Below, one piece after another: positions 40,692-53,579 of a stretch of 64,000 bases of DNA. Each line of letters opens with the position of its first letter. Positions within the stretch are counted from its first letter, which is position 1. The translations under genes were made by a program, and so were the position numbers. The notes under the pieces were generated by a model. It saw nothing but the letters and a program-made list of their open reading frames with translations. It searched no databases and was not told where the DNA came from. Source of the stretch: Octopus sinensis (taxonomy: Eukaryota); contig NC_043021.1 of assembly GCF_006345805.1 (NCBI RefSeq), positions 62,001 through 126,000 of the forward strand, read 5' to 3'.

Positions 40692-41291
40692 CTGTAGAAT
40701 ATATGGAAAGAAAATTATAAACATATAGATACACAGATAGACAGACAGACAAGCAGACAGACAAACAGACAAAGAGACAGACAGATAGACTGATTGATTG
40801 AGTGATTGATGGATTGATTGATTAAGACATATATAGACAAACTGATTGATTGATTGATTGAGTGAGTGAGTGAGTGAGTGATTGATTGAGTGAGTGAGTG
40901 ATTGATTGATTGGGTGATTGATTGATAGACTGGTTTATAGATAGATAGGTAAGGAGATAAATAGACAGACAAACATACAGACTGATAAATAGATAGAAAA
41001 CAAAAAAAGACAGGAAGATAGATAGACAGACAGACAGACATAGAGTTCGGAACACCTTCCAAATTCTCACGAGGTTAAGTTAAGTCAGTGGACAGTTCGA
41101 AGTTTATGTGCGAGTTGCTGGGCCGTGCGATTGGGCTTGAAGCCTGATGGGTGAGGAGCGAACATCTTAACAGCAGGGCTATATCTGCGGCTAATGCAAG
41201 CGATCGATATGCAGAGATAGGTATACCAACAGGCACACACGTTCGTATATGTACACTTACAAACTTATATACGCACACACGCAAACACACG

Positions 41292-41350
<59 letters not shown>

Positions 41351-41354
41351 GCAA

Positions 41355-41397
<43 letters not shown>

Positions 41398-41403
41398 ATT
41401 ATA

Positions 41404-41448
<45 letters not shown>

Positions 41449-41610
41449 TCCACAGACTGATGGAGGTGGAGACAGGGCGTTGTAGAGATACGACTGAAAA
41501 TAGAGAAAACTACGTAGATTTTCCCGTGTGTGTATGCATACGGACAGCTATGTATTTTTGAATATATGTGCATATATGTATGTGAGTGTACGCTCGTGTA
41601 TTTATGTTTG

Positions 41611-41641
<31 letters not shown>

Positions 41642-42240
41642 TGTGTGTACGCCTGCTTATACGTGTGTGACGTTATTCGGCATTGATTCGGTTAAGAACC
41701 TGGTCATATTTTATGATAAATGTCTAACAAGATGTAACCGACACCGCTCACTTTGACATTAACATACGATATCAATGATATTGTCATGCCGTGCTATGAA
41801 ATATCTTCCACTCATTTGTTATTATTCATTTTCCTTTTTAATAGAAGTTTTATGAATCTTCACCAAACACTAAACGACAAATGATTCTATTGAAAAATGG
41901 AATCAAGAATGGAACACCACTTAAAGGAACATTTTCCGACCACAAACGAGATATAATTATATTTGCGTTTAGAACGATTTCCTATTGGTGTAATGCTGAC
42001 CAGCGCTAATTAATTGACAAGCTACAACAGATGACTGCCAAAAGAACAACAATATTAATAATGCCAGCAGCGAATATGGACGACGACTGCTGTATTGTTG
42101 AAGAAGGAGGAGGAGGAGGAGGAGGAAGAGGAGGAGGAGGAGAAGAAGAAGAAGAAGAAAACGAACAAGAAGAAGAAGAAGATTGAATATTAAATATTTA
42201 TGGAATTTTGATTTACTGTCGTATGCCTTTTGGCCAACTC

Positions 42241-42280
<40 letters not shown>

Positions 42281-42283
<3 letters not shown>

Positions 42284-42388
42284 AGAGTTTACGAAAAAAA
42301 ACAAAAGACGAAGACAGGTGGTGTACAAAACAAACAGATGTATCAGTATAACGCTCAGGAATAGAAAAAGTCTTTTACGTTTCGAGCC

Positions 42389-42420
<32 letters not shown>

Positions 42421-42621
42421 TATGATTCGCCATGATAGATCTGTAGCCACTACACAGATTTTTTTTTCTCTCCTTGTTTTTTTCTGTGTCCCTTTTCTGT
42501 AGAAGAGCGTAGGCTCGAAACGTAAAAGACTTTCTCAATTCCCGAGCGTTATACTAATACATCTGCTTGTTTTCTACACCACCTGTCTTCGTCTTTTGTT
42601 TTTTTTCGTGAATTCTCCCCC
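42281..42621. repeat. Inverted repeat pair (about 110-bp arms), Penelope-like
   Basis: 42281-42390 is the imperfect reverse complement of 42510-42621. Confidence 0.8.
42493..42528 (+). ncRNA. Minimal hammerhead-like motif (variant core) in an inverted repeat
   Basis: TTTT CTGTAGA a GAGC gtag GCTC GAAA CG TA AAAG: ACGT palindromic stem III, A6U change, extra A after A9. Confidence 0.5.
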
Positions 42622-42655
42622 TGTATATATGAATATAATGTGTGTGTGTGTGTGC

Positions 42656-42744
<89 letters not shown>

Positions 42745-42834
42745 GCAGAGTAAGCACATAAAGATGGAAAAAATAGCACTCGAATAGCGAGGAAGAGCAA
42801 TATGCTTTTTAAGAAAGCTGCAAAGACATCAGAA

Positions 42835-42880
42835 AAAACTGTTACACAGAGTTTCACATTCCCGTTCGTCGGACAGTTTT
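42835..42880 (-). ncRNA. Minimal type I hammerhead motif, sense to the CNG pre-mRNA
   Basis: AAAACTGT CCGACGA ACG ggaa TGT GAAA CTC t GTG TA ACAGTTTT: 8-bp stem I, U4C core variant, one stem III mismatch, GUA cleavage triplet. Confidence 0.65.
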
Positions 42881-42928
42881 GGTTGAGAATATACATACGT
42901 ACGTACATACACACATACACACACACAC

Positions 42929-42973
<45 letters not shown>

Positions 42974-43108
42974 TTTAGCGGAAGCTACAGAATGACTAAT
43001 GATTTCGGACCCTGAATTACTTGAGGTAAATATTCATAAAAATATAAATGTACGCATATTTTGAGTTCTATTTTTCTTGTTTGCATCACCATACGTGTGT
43101 GTAGTGTA

Positions 43109-43495
43109 TAAGCTTTTACCGTATATATTGACTATAGAAAATAGTCTGATATTGGAGGATATAACCAAGGACTGAGAAAAGGGTGATAATTATAAGTGGA
43201 AATCGAACCCACACCTCTGATTTTCGCTGTAATTGAGCTACCGTTCGCACCAATATTTCCATCCATTTTTCCCGTTGAATTTAAGGACTATGATTTCATA
43301 GTGGTAAATGTGTAGACATAGAAGTCTCCTGCGATTCTTAAGAAACGGTGACGAGTGAAAATTCTTCGTAAATGTAGCTATAAGTTTTCACAGTTTCGAT
43401 TCCCACGTGTACTTATACTCATTTTCCTATCGTGGGCTTATATGCCTCAATATTAGTCTATTTTTGTATAGTGAATACATACGGTGAAAACTTAT
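43109..43495. mobile_element. MITE-like element with about 100-bp imperfect terminal inverted repeats
   Basis: 43109-43208 resembles the reverse complement of 43393-43495; no ORF. Confidence 0.55.
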
Positions 43496-44117
43496 TACAT
43501 TCGCGAAGAATTTTTGCTCGTCACTGTTCCTTGACATACGCAGAATACGCATTTGCGCGCGCGCGATCGTATGTAAATATTATCTAATTGTAAAATTCTT
43601 GACAATAGTAACCATCATGAAATTAGCCCAACCGTATTCTCTTAACTCGAGGAAGTTGTTTACATCTTGTATTAGGTGAGGAGGGTCACATAAAATAAAA
43701 CGATGTTGTGTAATGTATAAAGATTTCACTTCTCTGAAGATTTGACATTACATTTTTATTGAATAAGTCACATTACGTAACTATTAATCGTTTTTGTTAA
43801 TGACACGTACGTAAGATGTTGTAAAGTACATATCTTATAAACGATCTCTTATGTTTTCTTTTCTTCATGTCCTCTGTGACTGAGCCAACCTCCGGTTTCT
43901 TACCGTATTATACGAGCAAAGTAGTACAAATGGTAATACACATAGAGATTTAAATACTGGCTATTTGGGGTGAAATATTAACTTTAGACTGCACAAAGTG
44001 AATATATAGAGAGCGCGGTGAATAAACTGTCGTCTAAATTACGCAAAAATGAAAATAACACTGACATCTATATATATATATATGCTTTATTTAAAAGCAG
44101 GAGAAATATCACAAAAT

Positions 44118-44155
44118 CTGTTACTCAGAGTTTCACGTTTCCATTCTTCGGACAG
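44118..44155 (-). ncRNA. Minimal type I hammerhead motif, sense to the CNG pre-mRNA
   Basis: CTGT CCGAAGA ATG gaaa CGT GAAA CTC t GAG TA ACAG: all three stems pair, U4C and A10.1-U11.1 variants. Confidence 0.68.
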
Positions 44156-44190
44156 TTTTGTTCTCTAATTTTCTGTTCCATACTAACAAA

Positions 44191-44226
44191 ACTGTCCAAC
44201 GAACGGGAACGTGAAACTCTGAGTAA
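44191..44226 (+). ncRNA. Degenerate hammerhead copy on the opposite arm of the same inverted repeat
   Basis: ACTGT CCAACGA ACG ggaa CGT GAAA CTC t GAG TA a: G5 changed to A and stem I broken; likely inactive. Confidence 0.5.
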
Positions 44227-44266
44227 ATTTGTTTGTGATATTTCTGCTGCTTTTCAATAAAGTATA

Positions 44267-44299
<33 letters not shown>

Positions 44300-44302
<3 letters not shown>

Positions 44303-44410
44303 CTCTTTTACTTGTTTCAGTCATTTGACTGCGGCCATGCTGGAGCACCGCCTATAGTCGAGGAAATCGACCCCAGGACTTATGCTTTGTAAGCCTAGTA
44401 CTTATTGTAG
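44300..44410 (-). mobile_element. SINE family A tail fragment
   Basis: tttcagtcatttgactgcggccatgctggagcaccgcc. Confidence 0.7.
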
Positions 44411-44481
44411 ATAACCGTCTAAGAATTCATGTTAGAAAAATATACACTCATATATTTGCCAATAGAATAGAAATCGTATTG

Positions 44482-44760
44482 TACGGTATTATATATCCAT
44501 TACAGTCGATCTTAGCAATCGGTTTCGTACAAGCAGTTCAAAGGAGTGCTTGACAGCAGCCCGATTACGTTAACTCTACGTTCTTCAGAGAATGCGTATA
44601 CGGAAGATAATATGGTGACTGCCCTCTATTGTTGGAAATGAAGAGACTCACGTGTCTTTTTACCTCCAACAACAGAGGGCAGTATATAACACCCTGCTGA
44701 ACTTAGTTCGAAACCCATTGCTAAGATCGGCCGTAATGGATATATAATACTAATACTGTA
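44482..44760. mobile_element. MITE-like element with about 42-bp TIRs and an internal hairpin
   Basis: gtattatatatccattacagtcgatcttagcaatcggtttcg versus cgaaacccattgctaagatcggccgtaatggatatataatac; inner 18/19-bp stem 44618-44683; TA at both ends. Confidence 0.7.
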
Positions 44761-45688
44761 TGTGTTATATTTCGTTTAATAAATATGGGAACTCTTTTTC
44801 AACCCTCTGAATTAACTGAGGGATGGTATGCCTTAGTGATGTGAGATGACACCATGACACACTGTCCTTAACAATTATAGTTCTAGCGTCGGTAAAAGAG
44901 ATGTAGGAATACCAGAAAGGATTATGGTTAACAAGGCAGGAAATGGCCAAGAGGGAGGCTGGTGGGAACGACGAGGTTTGCTGCAGAGTAGGGAAGATGG
45001 ACGAACTCGGCCTCCTTCAGTTATGAAATTGTGATTAGCTAATGTATACATACACGCAGATTCATATATACTAATGCAAAGACACTCTCTCTCTCTGCTT
45101 CTCTCTATCCCTCTCAAACATACACACGCATGTGAGTGTGTGTGGGGTGTGGTGGGGTGGTATGGAGTTGCTGTGCGGTTGGTGGGTGGGTGGGTGGGTG
45201 CTGCAATCAGCTGAAATGCCGTCTGCAACGCAAGTAACAACAGCAACAATAACAACAGCAGAACCAAACATGCGCACGACACGAATTTCCTTTAAATGAT
45301 ATTTCCAAGTGTGTGTGTGCGTGTGTGTATGTGTGTGTGTGTGCGTGCGTATGTATGTGTGTGCGTGTGTATGTATGTGTGTGCGTGTTTGTGTATGTGT
45401 GTTTGTGTCCGTTTGTGTGTTTGTATAAATCTATGCAAGCATGTGTATTAAACTTGAAACCCTGCTTTAAATTGCCATTTTTTCTACAATAAAAAATATA
45501 TAATCAGAGATAGACATGTAACTTAATCCTAACACACACACATACATATGCCTCTCTCTCTCTCTCTCCATGAGAGAGGAGAGAGAGAGAGAGAGAGACT
45601 GTCTGTCAGACAGCGAAATGGATGTGTTTGTGTTTGTGCGTCGATAGATAGATAGACAGACAGACAGACAGGTAGATAGATAGATAGG

Positions 45689-45763
<75 letters not shown>

Positions 45764-46284
45764 CATGGATGAAAAAGAACATAAATATTGCTCACACACC
45801 CTCTCTTTCTCTTTCTTACCCTTCCCACCCAAAAAAGTACAGGGCTCAAGACCGCCATCCACCCCCAGCCTAATCCCCACCCCTCCATCTTATTCTTTAG
45901 CCATAACTCGCTGATATCGACAGAAATAGAAAGGCCCTTCCATCTCTATAGATAGTTAAATAGAATACGGCAACATTTGCCTTCATTTTCTTTCTCTTAA
46001 AGATTTTGTGTTTTCTTTCGTTTTTCGCTTCTTTTTCTCTCTCCTCCAATTCTTCCATTGCAGTTGGTTTTCGTTTTTCTTGTTTGTTTGTTTTATTCTT
46101 TTATCAATTTATTTAGATAACAGCAACAACAACAACAGCGATAAGAACAAAAGCCGTTGATAACAAAAAAACTGAAACAACAAAAACACATCGATAAGAA
46201 TAAAAGCCAAGGAATGATAAGAACCAGAAAAAAATGAACCAACTTCAATAACAGTAAGATGAATAATATAATAATAATATAATA

Positions 46285-46347
<63 letters not shown>

Positions 46348-47060
46348 TGATGATGATGATGATAGCAACATCAGCAATAATATTAGCAAAACAGAAAAAA
46401 CAAAATAAGGTGCTTCTGTGTGGTTTTCCCTCTTCTAGCAATAGCAACCAAACCCCTCTCAAATTATAAATTATACAGAAGGCAAAGAAGGATACAACAG
46501 TTTATATCGTCCTAGAGACACGTGATGGATGGTCACGGCTGGAACATCCTGCATGATGGGTCTGCAGGATCAAGAACGACCTTAAGTTAAACAACAGCAA
46601 CAGCAACAACAATAACAATGGTTATTGTATAAAGAAATGATATTTCGACCACAAAAGAACATTATATTACAGCAACAACAACAACAACAGCAACAACCAG
46701 TCGTAATAATAACCACAACAAATATGAGAATAAAATCGAGAGAAAAAACACGGCCATAAAAATAACAAAAAGTCTCAAAAATATTTGTGTCAGACGGAGA
46801 GAGAAGGAGAGAGGGAGAGAGAGAGAGAGAGAGAGAGAGAAAGAAAGACAGAAAGAAAGAAGTGTATGTGTACACATTTATGTATGTGTGTGCATATGTG
46901 TGTATGTTGGATTCACAATGTACACACACACACACACACACATGCAGAGATACATGTATGGACAAACGTTTATATTGCGAGTGTATATATATATATTGTA
47001 TATTATATATATATATATAATATATATATATATATATAATATATATAATATACGCAACAC

Positions 47061-47100
<40 letters not shown>

Positions 47101-47786
47101 TATATACACATATGTATGTGTAAATATTTATTCTTTTCCCTAGATCAGCTTTCATCGGGTTGATGAGTCCGATGTTTTCCTGTTTAAGCAACCCTTGGTT
47201 TTAGAAGAGAAAAAGGTTTATACGTGAGTATATTTGTATGTGTGTATGTATGTGTGCATATATTCGTATATATATCATATATACATATTATTCACACATA
47301 CACATACACACTTGTATATGAACAGCAGCAACAATATATATATATATATGCTGAAGTGCACACATACATATTCATACATACATAGACACCTAGGGATGTG
47401 TGTGTGTGGATGGGCGTGTTGGTGTGTGTGCATGTCTAGAATATACGAATGCATTAAAAACACTATCGTAAACCAAAAGTCACAACAACAACAACAACAA
47501 CAGCAACATAATGCCAAGAATATCGTATGATATTCTGCAATAGTAAGTCACAAAAACAACAACAATAGCAATAAGAGCAACAAACAGCGCCACGAAACAA
47601 CAGCAACAGCATCAGCAACAACATCAATAGATACCAATTACAAAATAGTTGCAGAAATTGTTTTTCCAGTTCAGTAAATATAGATTTTATAGGCATTGCC
47701 TGAGGGAAGAGATATTGTCTAGAAAGAGATTTATGTTATTATCATTATTGTTGTTGCTGTTGTTGTTATTATTATTATTATTACTA

Positions 47787-47827
<41 letters not shown>

Positions 47828-48299
47828 GGGAATCTTTTTCACTGTTATTATTGTTCTTGTTGCTGTTTGCCGTGAACAGATGCCTGTAACAGATCTCCCA
47901 GAGAGAAAAAAATGGATTTAACCACGATTTCTTGATTGAAAAAAAAAATGCGATTTCTTTTTTTCTTTTTTTTTATCTTATTTTCAGCAAGAAAGTGTTT
48001 GGAAATCTCTGAACGTCCATTCTATTTAAACCTCCACCCGGCTACCCTGGAATATAGAAAAGTTGGTTCGTTCCAAAACATTTTTATCGCGTGCACATAT
48101 TTCTGTAAACAAGTAATTCAATATGGCCGTGTTTGGGTGGCAGCAACCGTTGCTAACCACGGGGTTGACAACAATGAATGTACCCCGCCAAATAAAAGAG
48201 TAACACATCATTACTAGTATTGCGTGCCCAAAAGAAGTACGATCCATCGGTCAAGTTCAGAGACTGGAAAAAGCGAAGAGGAGAGTATCTCAGTCGGAC

Positions 48300-49445
48300 A
48301 CATGTGGTACAATTCTGTTTAAAAGACGGAAGAGTATTTTATATGTCTATGGAATAGGACATGGAGGAAGCGCTGATTAATGTGGGAATATGTGAGAGCT
48401 CTATAGACCATACCAAGCAAATAAAAGCCGTGGCGAGGGTACGCGTTGATGCGACAGTACATGAGAAAATGAAGCACCAAGGACACAGGAAGAGATATAT
48501 TGGCTTCAAGCCATGGCGTTACATCACATCATTAGTTTGTTGTGCATTTGGAGAAGCGCGCAGCAGAATTCCCAGCTATTCTGTCTGTGAGAATAAGTAC
48601 TACTTAAGGACTATCCACCCAAAAATAGAGAAATGGTGGCAGTCTGCAGCAGAGGTAACGCCCCACAGGTAAAGTGTATAGCTGCAGTGCTTATAGCGGT
48701 TTCCACAACACTACTGGCCGCAGCTCAGAGAGTAGCCAGAACGGAATTAAAGGTAAACGGAAATACGTCGTCCTCTGGGCAATCTGTGCCAGAGGCAGAC
48801 GGGTCGCAAACAGATTTCTTTACTCCACTGTCACCGGTGATGAAATCTGTAGCTTTACGTCAATGTGAAGAAGAGGAAAGAACATCTTAGTCCAAACAGA
48901 GAACCAACAGCTCGAGCCAAGCTAAAGCAGCTTCCTCTGCGTTTGGTGGGATTAGGAAGGACTCGTGCACGACTAAAGGCTTCAAAACAAGCAACCAGTT
49001 AAGGCAGAGCATTACGTTTAGCAAATAGACCGGTTCAAATGGGTAATGCAGCTGGAACGACCAAACCGGCGACACGGTGTAGTTCTTCAACACGATAACG
49101 CTTGCCCCACGTCGTTAGTTTGACGAAAATTATTATTCAAGAGATGGGTTAAGAGCTTCTAAGACACCCGCTGTCTTCACCTGATGTAACACCTTCAGAT
49201 TATCACGTCTTTGGTGGTCGCTCTGCAACAGTCTGCCAGGTGTTTCGTTCAAATACTTTAGTTGATGAATTCTTCATGTCAAGACCCGGTCAATTCTATT
49301 CTCAAGGCATTGGCCACTTTATGGAACGCTGGCAAGAAATTGCGAACAATGAAGAAGAGTATTACTGACTGATTGGTTACAACTGTGACGCAAAAAGAAG
49401 GATTAAAATTCGTGGGAAAGAACGAATTTATCTGACAGCTTAATA
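48300..49445 (+). mobile_element. Decayed mariner transposon
   Basis: FLYSTVTGDE, VVLQHDNACPT, HPLSSPDVTPSDYHVF, FYSQGIGHFMERWQEIANNEEEY in shifting frames; left boundary approximate. Confidence 0.85.
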
Positions 49446-49452
49446 CATAATT

Positions 49453-49526
<74 letters not shown>

Positions 49527-49789
49527 CAATAATCTCCTCTAGTTACAATATTTGGATGTTCGCATTTCCACGGAATACACCGCTTTGCATACATAACAAC
49601 AATCATTTTATTTCAGAACTGATCTAACTTCTAGCATTTCCGTTTCTCTGCACAGTTCTTATTATCTGCGAAATTAAATAAATTCAAGAATAAGAAATAT
49701 TAAATATCATTAAAGAAGATAATTTATCACATATTATACACACTATGTGTGTGTGTGTATGTGTACATGCATATATGTATATCTATATA

Positions 49790-49824
<35 letters not shown>

Positions 49825-50636
49825 CATGTACACATGTATATATACATACATATATATATACACATATATACACAAACATACACACGTATGTGTGTGTATC
49901 TGAGTATCTGTGTGTACGTATGTGTCTATGTATGTGTGTGTGTGTAGGCATGTATGTATGTATGTATGTAAGGTATATTATGTCCGATAATCTCTTTAAA
50001 TGAAATAAAGCTGTTCTCAAATTTTCTTAATCTTCTTTTCAAATTTGATATTCCTGACATTGAGAGATGTCTTACGAGTCAGTTACGCAACGAGTTTCTG
50101 AACGTCAAGCACAACGTAGGAGGCTGTAGACTGGCGGAAACATATTCCACACCAATTCTACTTCCCACATGAAACATAACGTTTCTACAGCAATCTCACA
50201 GCGATCTATGGAACAGAGTATGTCTTCATTGGAGACAATTTATACACTTCAGACAGGGAGGTACCCAGAATTCAGAAAGCGTAAGTTTTATATGATCTAT
50301 ATATATATATACATATATATGTGTGGATGTGTGGGTATGTGTGACGCGTTTAGGCAGGGATTTACTTTAAGTTTCGCCTAACGGCTTCTTCAATCAATCG
50401 ACGATTTATACAATAAATTTGATTCTGTGTCACTAACGAGTCCCTCCGTCCTCCCAGTAAATCTTCCGCTTTCCTTCTTTTGTCGCTTCGAAACACCGGT
50501 CTTAAACTAACACTCATACACACATGCACGCATGTATGCACATAGACGCATACACACATGTACACACACACATAAACACATACATGTATAAGTATTATAT
50601 ATATACCACACACACACACCACACACACATACATAC

Positions 50637-50685
<49 letters not shown>

Positions 50686-50687
<2 letters not shown>

Positions 50688-51351
50688 TAGCTGAGGTACC
50701 TGGTAATAAATTACCGTTAATAAGATGTCTGCTTATAGCCATGAAACATTTTTCGTCAGATTTCGACATTTTCCAAAAATTTTAAATCTATATTAATGGG
50801 CAGGACCAATTTAACGAAAAAATGAGCAGAGTCTGGTAGCGAACCCGTGTCGTCATCATTTTCGTGCATGTGCGTAAAATGGCCAAATTTTACGCTTTCA
50901 GTCAGATTTCGTCACGATGGCTAGTGCGAAGAATGCCGAAATTTTGCTTGAGAAATAAAATGGTTTTACCTAATCAAAACCTGAAACGCTGGGAGATTAA
51001 AAGAACGGATTGAAATAATAAGCTTTAGGAAATCAAAACAATTTGCATTGAAATGAAGAATCAGCAAATGCTAAATAGATTACTGTTAATAAGATGACTG
51101 TTTATTATACCCAAGGAACAGTTTTCGTCAAACTGATGTCACGACGGCTAATGTGAAGAATGCGGAAATTTTACGATAATGAAAAATCGATGCTGATTAA
51201 AAATCGATTTTTAAAAAATTCCAAGTGCGTAAGTGACCGCATGGACATAAGTCCTAAACACGTGTCAAGTTTCATTAAGGTCTGTGGATAGTCTTGGAGG
51301 AGTTAAAGCAACAAATTCACATACACACAAACTTGCCATTTATTATTATTG

Positions 51352-51353
<2 letters not shown>
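50686..51353. mobile_element. Non-autonomous Helentron/HINE-like element
   Basis: Starts ACTAG after (TA)n, has internal sub-repeats (50707-50760 vs 51075-51131; 50907-50947 vs 51137-51174), ends with aagtttcattaagg...ggagga...tttattattattgat; class is inferred. Confidence 0.45.
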
Positions 51354-51384
<31 letters not shown>

Positions 51385-51387
<3 letters not shown>

Positions 51388-51610
51388 TCTTTTATTTGTT
51401 TAATTCGTTTGACTACGGCCATGCTGCAGCACGGCCTTTTAGTCGAAGAAATCGACCCGAGGACTCATTCTTTGTAAACCTGGTACTTATTCTATCGTTT
51501 TCTTTTGCCGAACCGCTAACTTACGTGGACGTAAGTATACCAACGTGGTTTTCAAGAGATGGTCGGGGAACAAACACAGACAGAAAGACACACATTACTA
51601 TATACACAAG

Positions 51611-51655
<45 letters not shown>

Positions 51656-51731
51656 TATATATATGTATGCATGTATGATGTATGTAGTTCATATGTATGC
51701 ATGTATGTATGCATGTATGTATGTATGTATG

Positions 51732-51779
<48 letters not shown>

Positions 51780-52018
51780 TATATGTATTATATATATCTA
51801 TATATAATATATATAATTAGAGAGGAGAGAGAGAGAGAGAGTGAGAGAGAGAGAGAGATACAGGACGGGCTTCTTCCAGCTTTTGTTAACCAAATCCATT
51901 CACAAGGCTTTGGTCAGCCTGAGACCATAGTAGAAAACACTTGCCCAAGGTACCACGGAGTGGAAATGAACCCGGAACCATGTCGTTGAGAAGCAAGCTT
52001 CTTACAACACAGCCACGT
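51385..52018 (-). mobile_element. SINE family A copy (tail 51385-51570, head 51865-52018)
   Basis: Reverse complement of head and tail with long microsatellite middle. Confidence 0.75.
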
Positions 52019-52630
52019 CTATATGTATGTTTGTGCGTGCGTGTGTGTCTGTGTGCATCGATGTATGTATGTATGTATGTATGTATGTATGTATGTATGT
52101 ATGTTTATGTATGTATGCATGTATGTGAACTGTTTCCAGCGCTCTGGTCGGCTGATAGACGTCAGACTGGAACCAGTGACTGATTAAGACACGATAGGAA
52201 ACGGTGAATAACGTGCGTGCGTTCGCGCAAGTGTAGTCGCTTCTGAATCGGCATGTTTCGCATGCATTGGTGCACTGGTAGAAGGAAGAGGAGACATGGC
52301 AAAGAGAGGGAGAACGATGGGGGAAGGGGGTGGTAAGAAGCGGTGTGCTTCTGGATATTTCTACATCATCAACTGTTATAGAAATATCACAAGTGAAGTG
52401 GAGAGATTTCAAATTGAGATAATTTAGAGAGGAACTATTAGACTTCATGTCTTTTACGCATGAAATACACACATACATACATATATATACACACACACCC
52501 ACATATATATTCACACACACACGCACGCACACACACACGCACACACACATATATATATAAGTGTGTGTGTGTGTGTGTGTATGTCTATGTGCATATGTAT
52601 GTATAGATAGGTAGATACATACACAGACGA

Positions 52631-52672
<42 letters not shown>

Positions 52673-53442
52673 CGGCATTCATGTATGCTTATATATAGGT
52701 ATATATGTGCATGTATATACGTATGTGTGTGTGTACATTCATATACACACGGATATGCATACACATGTATATATATATATATATATAATATATATATATG
52801 CATACACACACATACTTATGTATATATGTATACATATATACATAATCATATATACATATATGCACACATACAGATGCATGTATTCGAGGGAAACGTAACA
52901 TTTATGCAACAACACAGAATATTTCTGATGTAACGGAGTCAGCAACGTCTCTCTCTTTCACTCTCTCTCTCTCTCCTTACTCTCCCTCCTCTCTCTCTCT
53001 CTCACTTTTGCTGTATCCATTAAACAAACCGATGAATGAATAAACAAATAAATAAATAAATAAACAAACAAACAAATAAGTAAATAGGATTTCTCTCTTC
53101 CAAGATGGTGGATGTGTTGATGAGAAGTAAATCGCCAAGTGAATTTCCCGGCTGGTTGGCTGGCTGGCTGGGAAGGTCAGAGATGGCGCTTTATAATCGC
53201 TTGCTTCGCCATCATCGACTTCCCCACTGCCGGGACTGCATAGAATCCACTTCAAAGACCTCCTCGTGGCCAAGTGTATCTGTGTGTCTGGGTTACGATG
53301 GCTGCCAGAAGTGGAATGAGAATATTAAATGAGAAATATGGCCGTCTCATCTCAACAGCCCGGCCCGGATGCATTCTTCATATCAAATGTCTATCGACAG
53401 ACTCATCGATTCACATTTCACAGTGGACTACTACTACTGCTG

Positions 53443-53503
<61 letters not shown>

Positions 53504-53579
53504 AAGTGCACGTCAGAAGATGAAGCCACATTGCCGTTGTTGTGTAGTTAACCGGAGGTTGTTTGGGTAATGTGTTTAG

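Larger units (their letters stand above)
44087..44263. repeat. Inverted repeat (about 75-bp arms, short spacer) with a hammerhead motif on each arm; related single arm at 42800-42890
   Basis: aaatatcaca...ttactcagagtttcacg...ggacagttttg versus caaaactgtcc...cgtgaaactctgagtaa...tgtgatattt. Confidence 0.8.
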
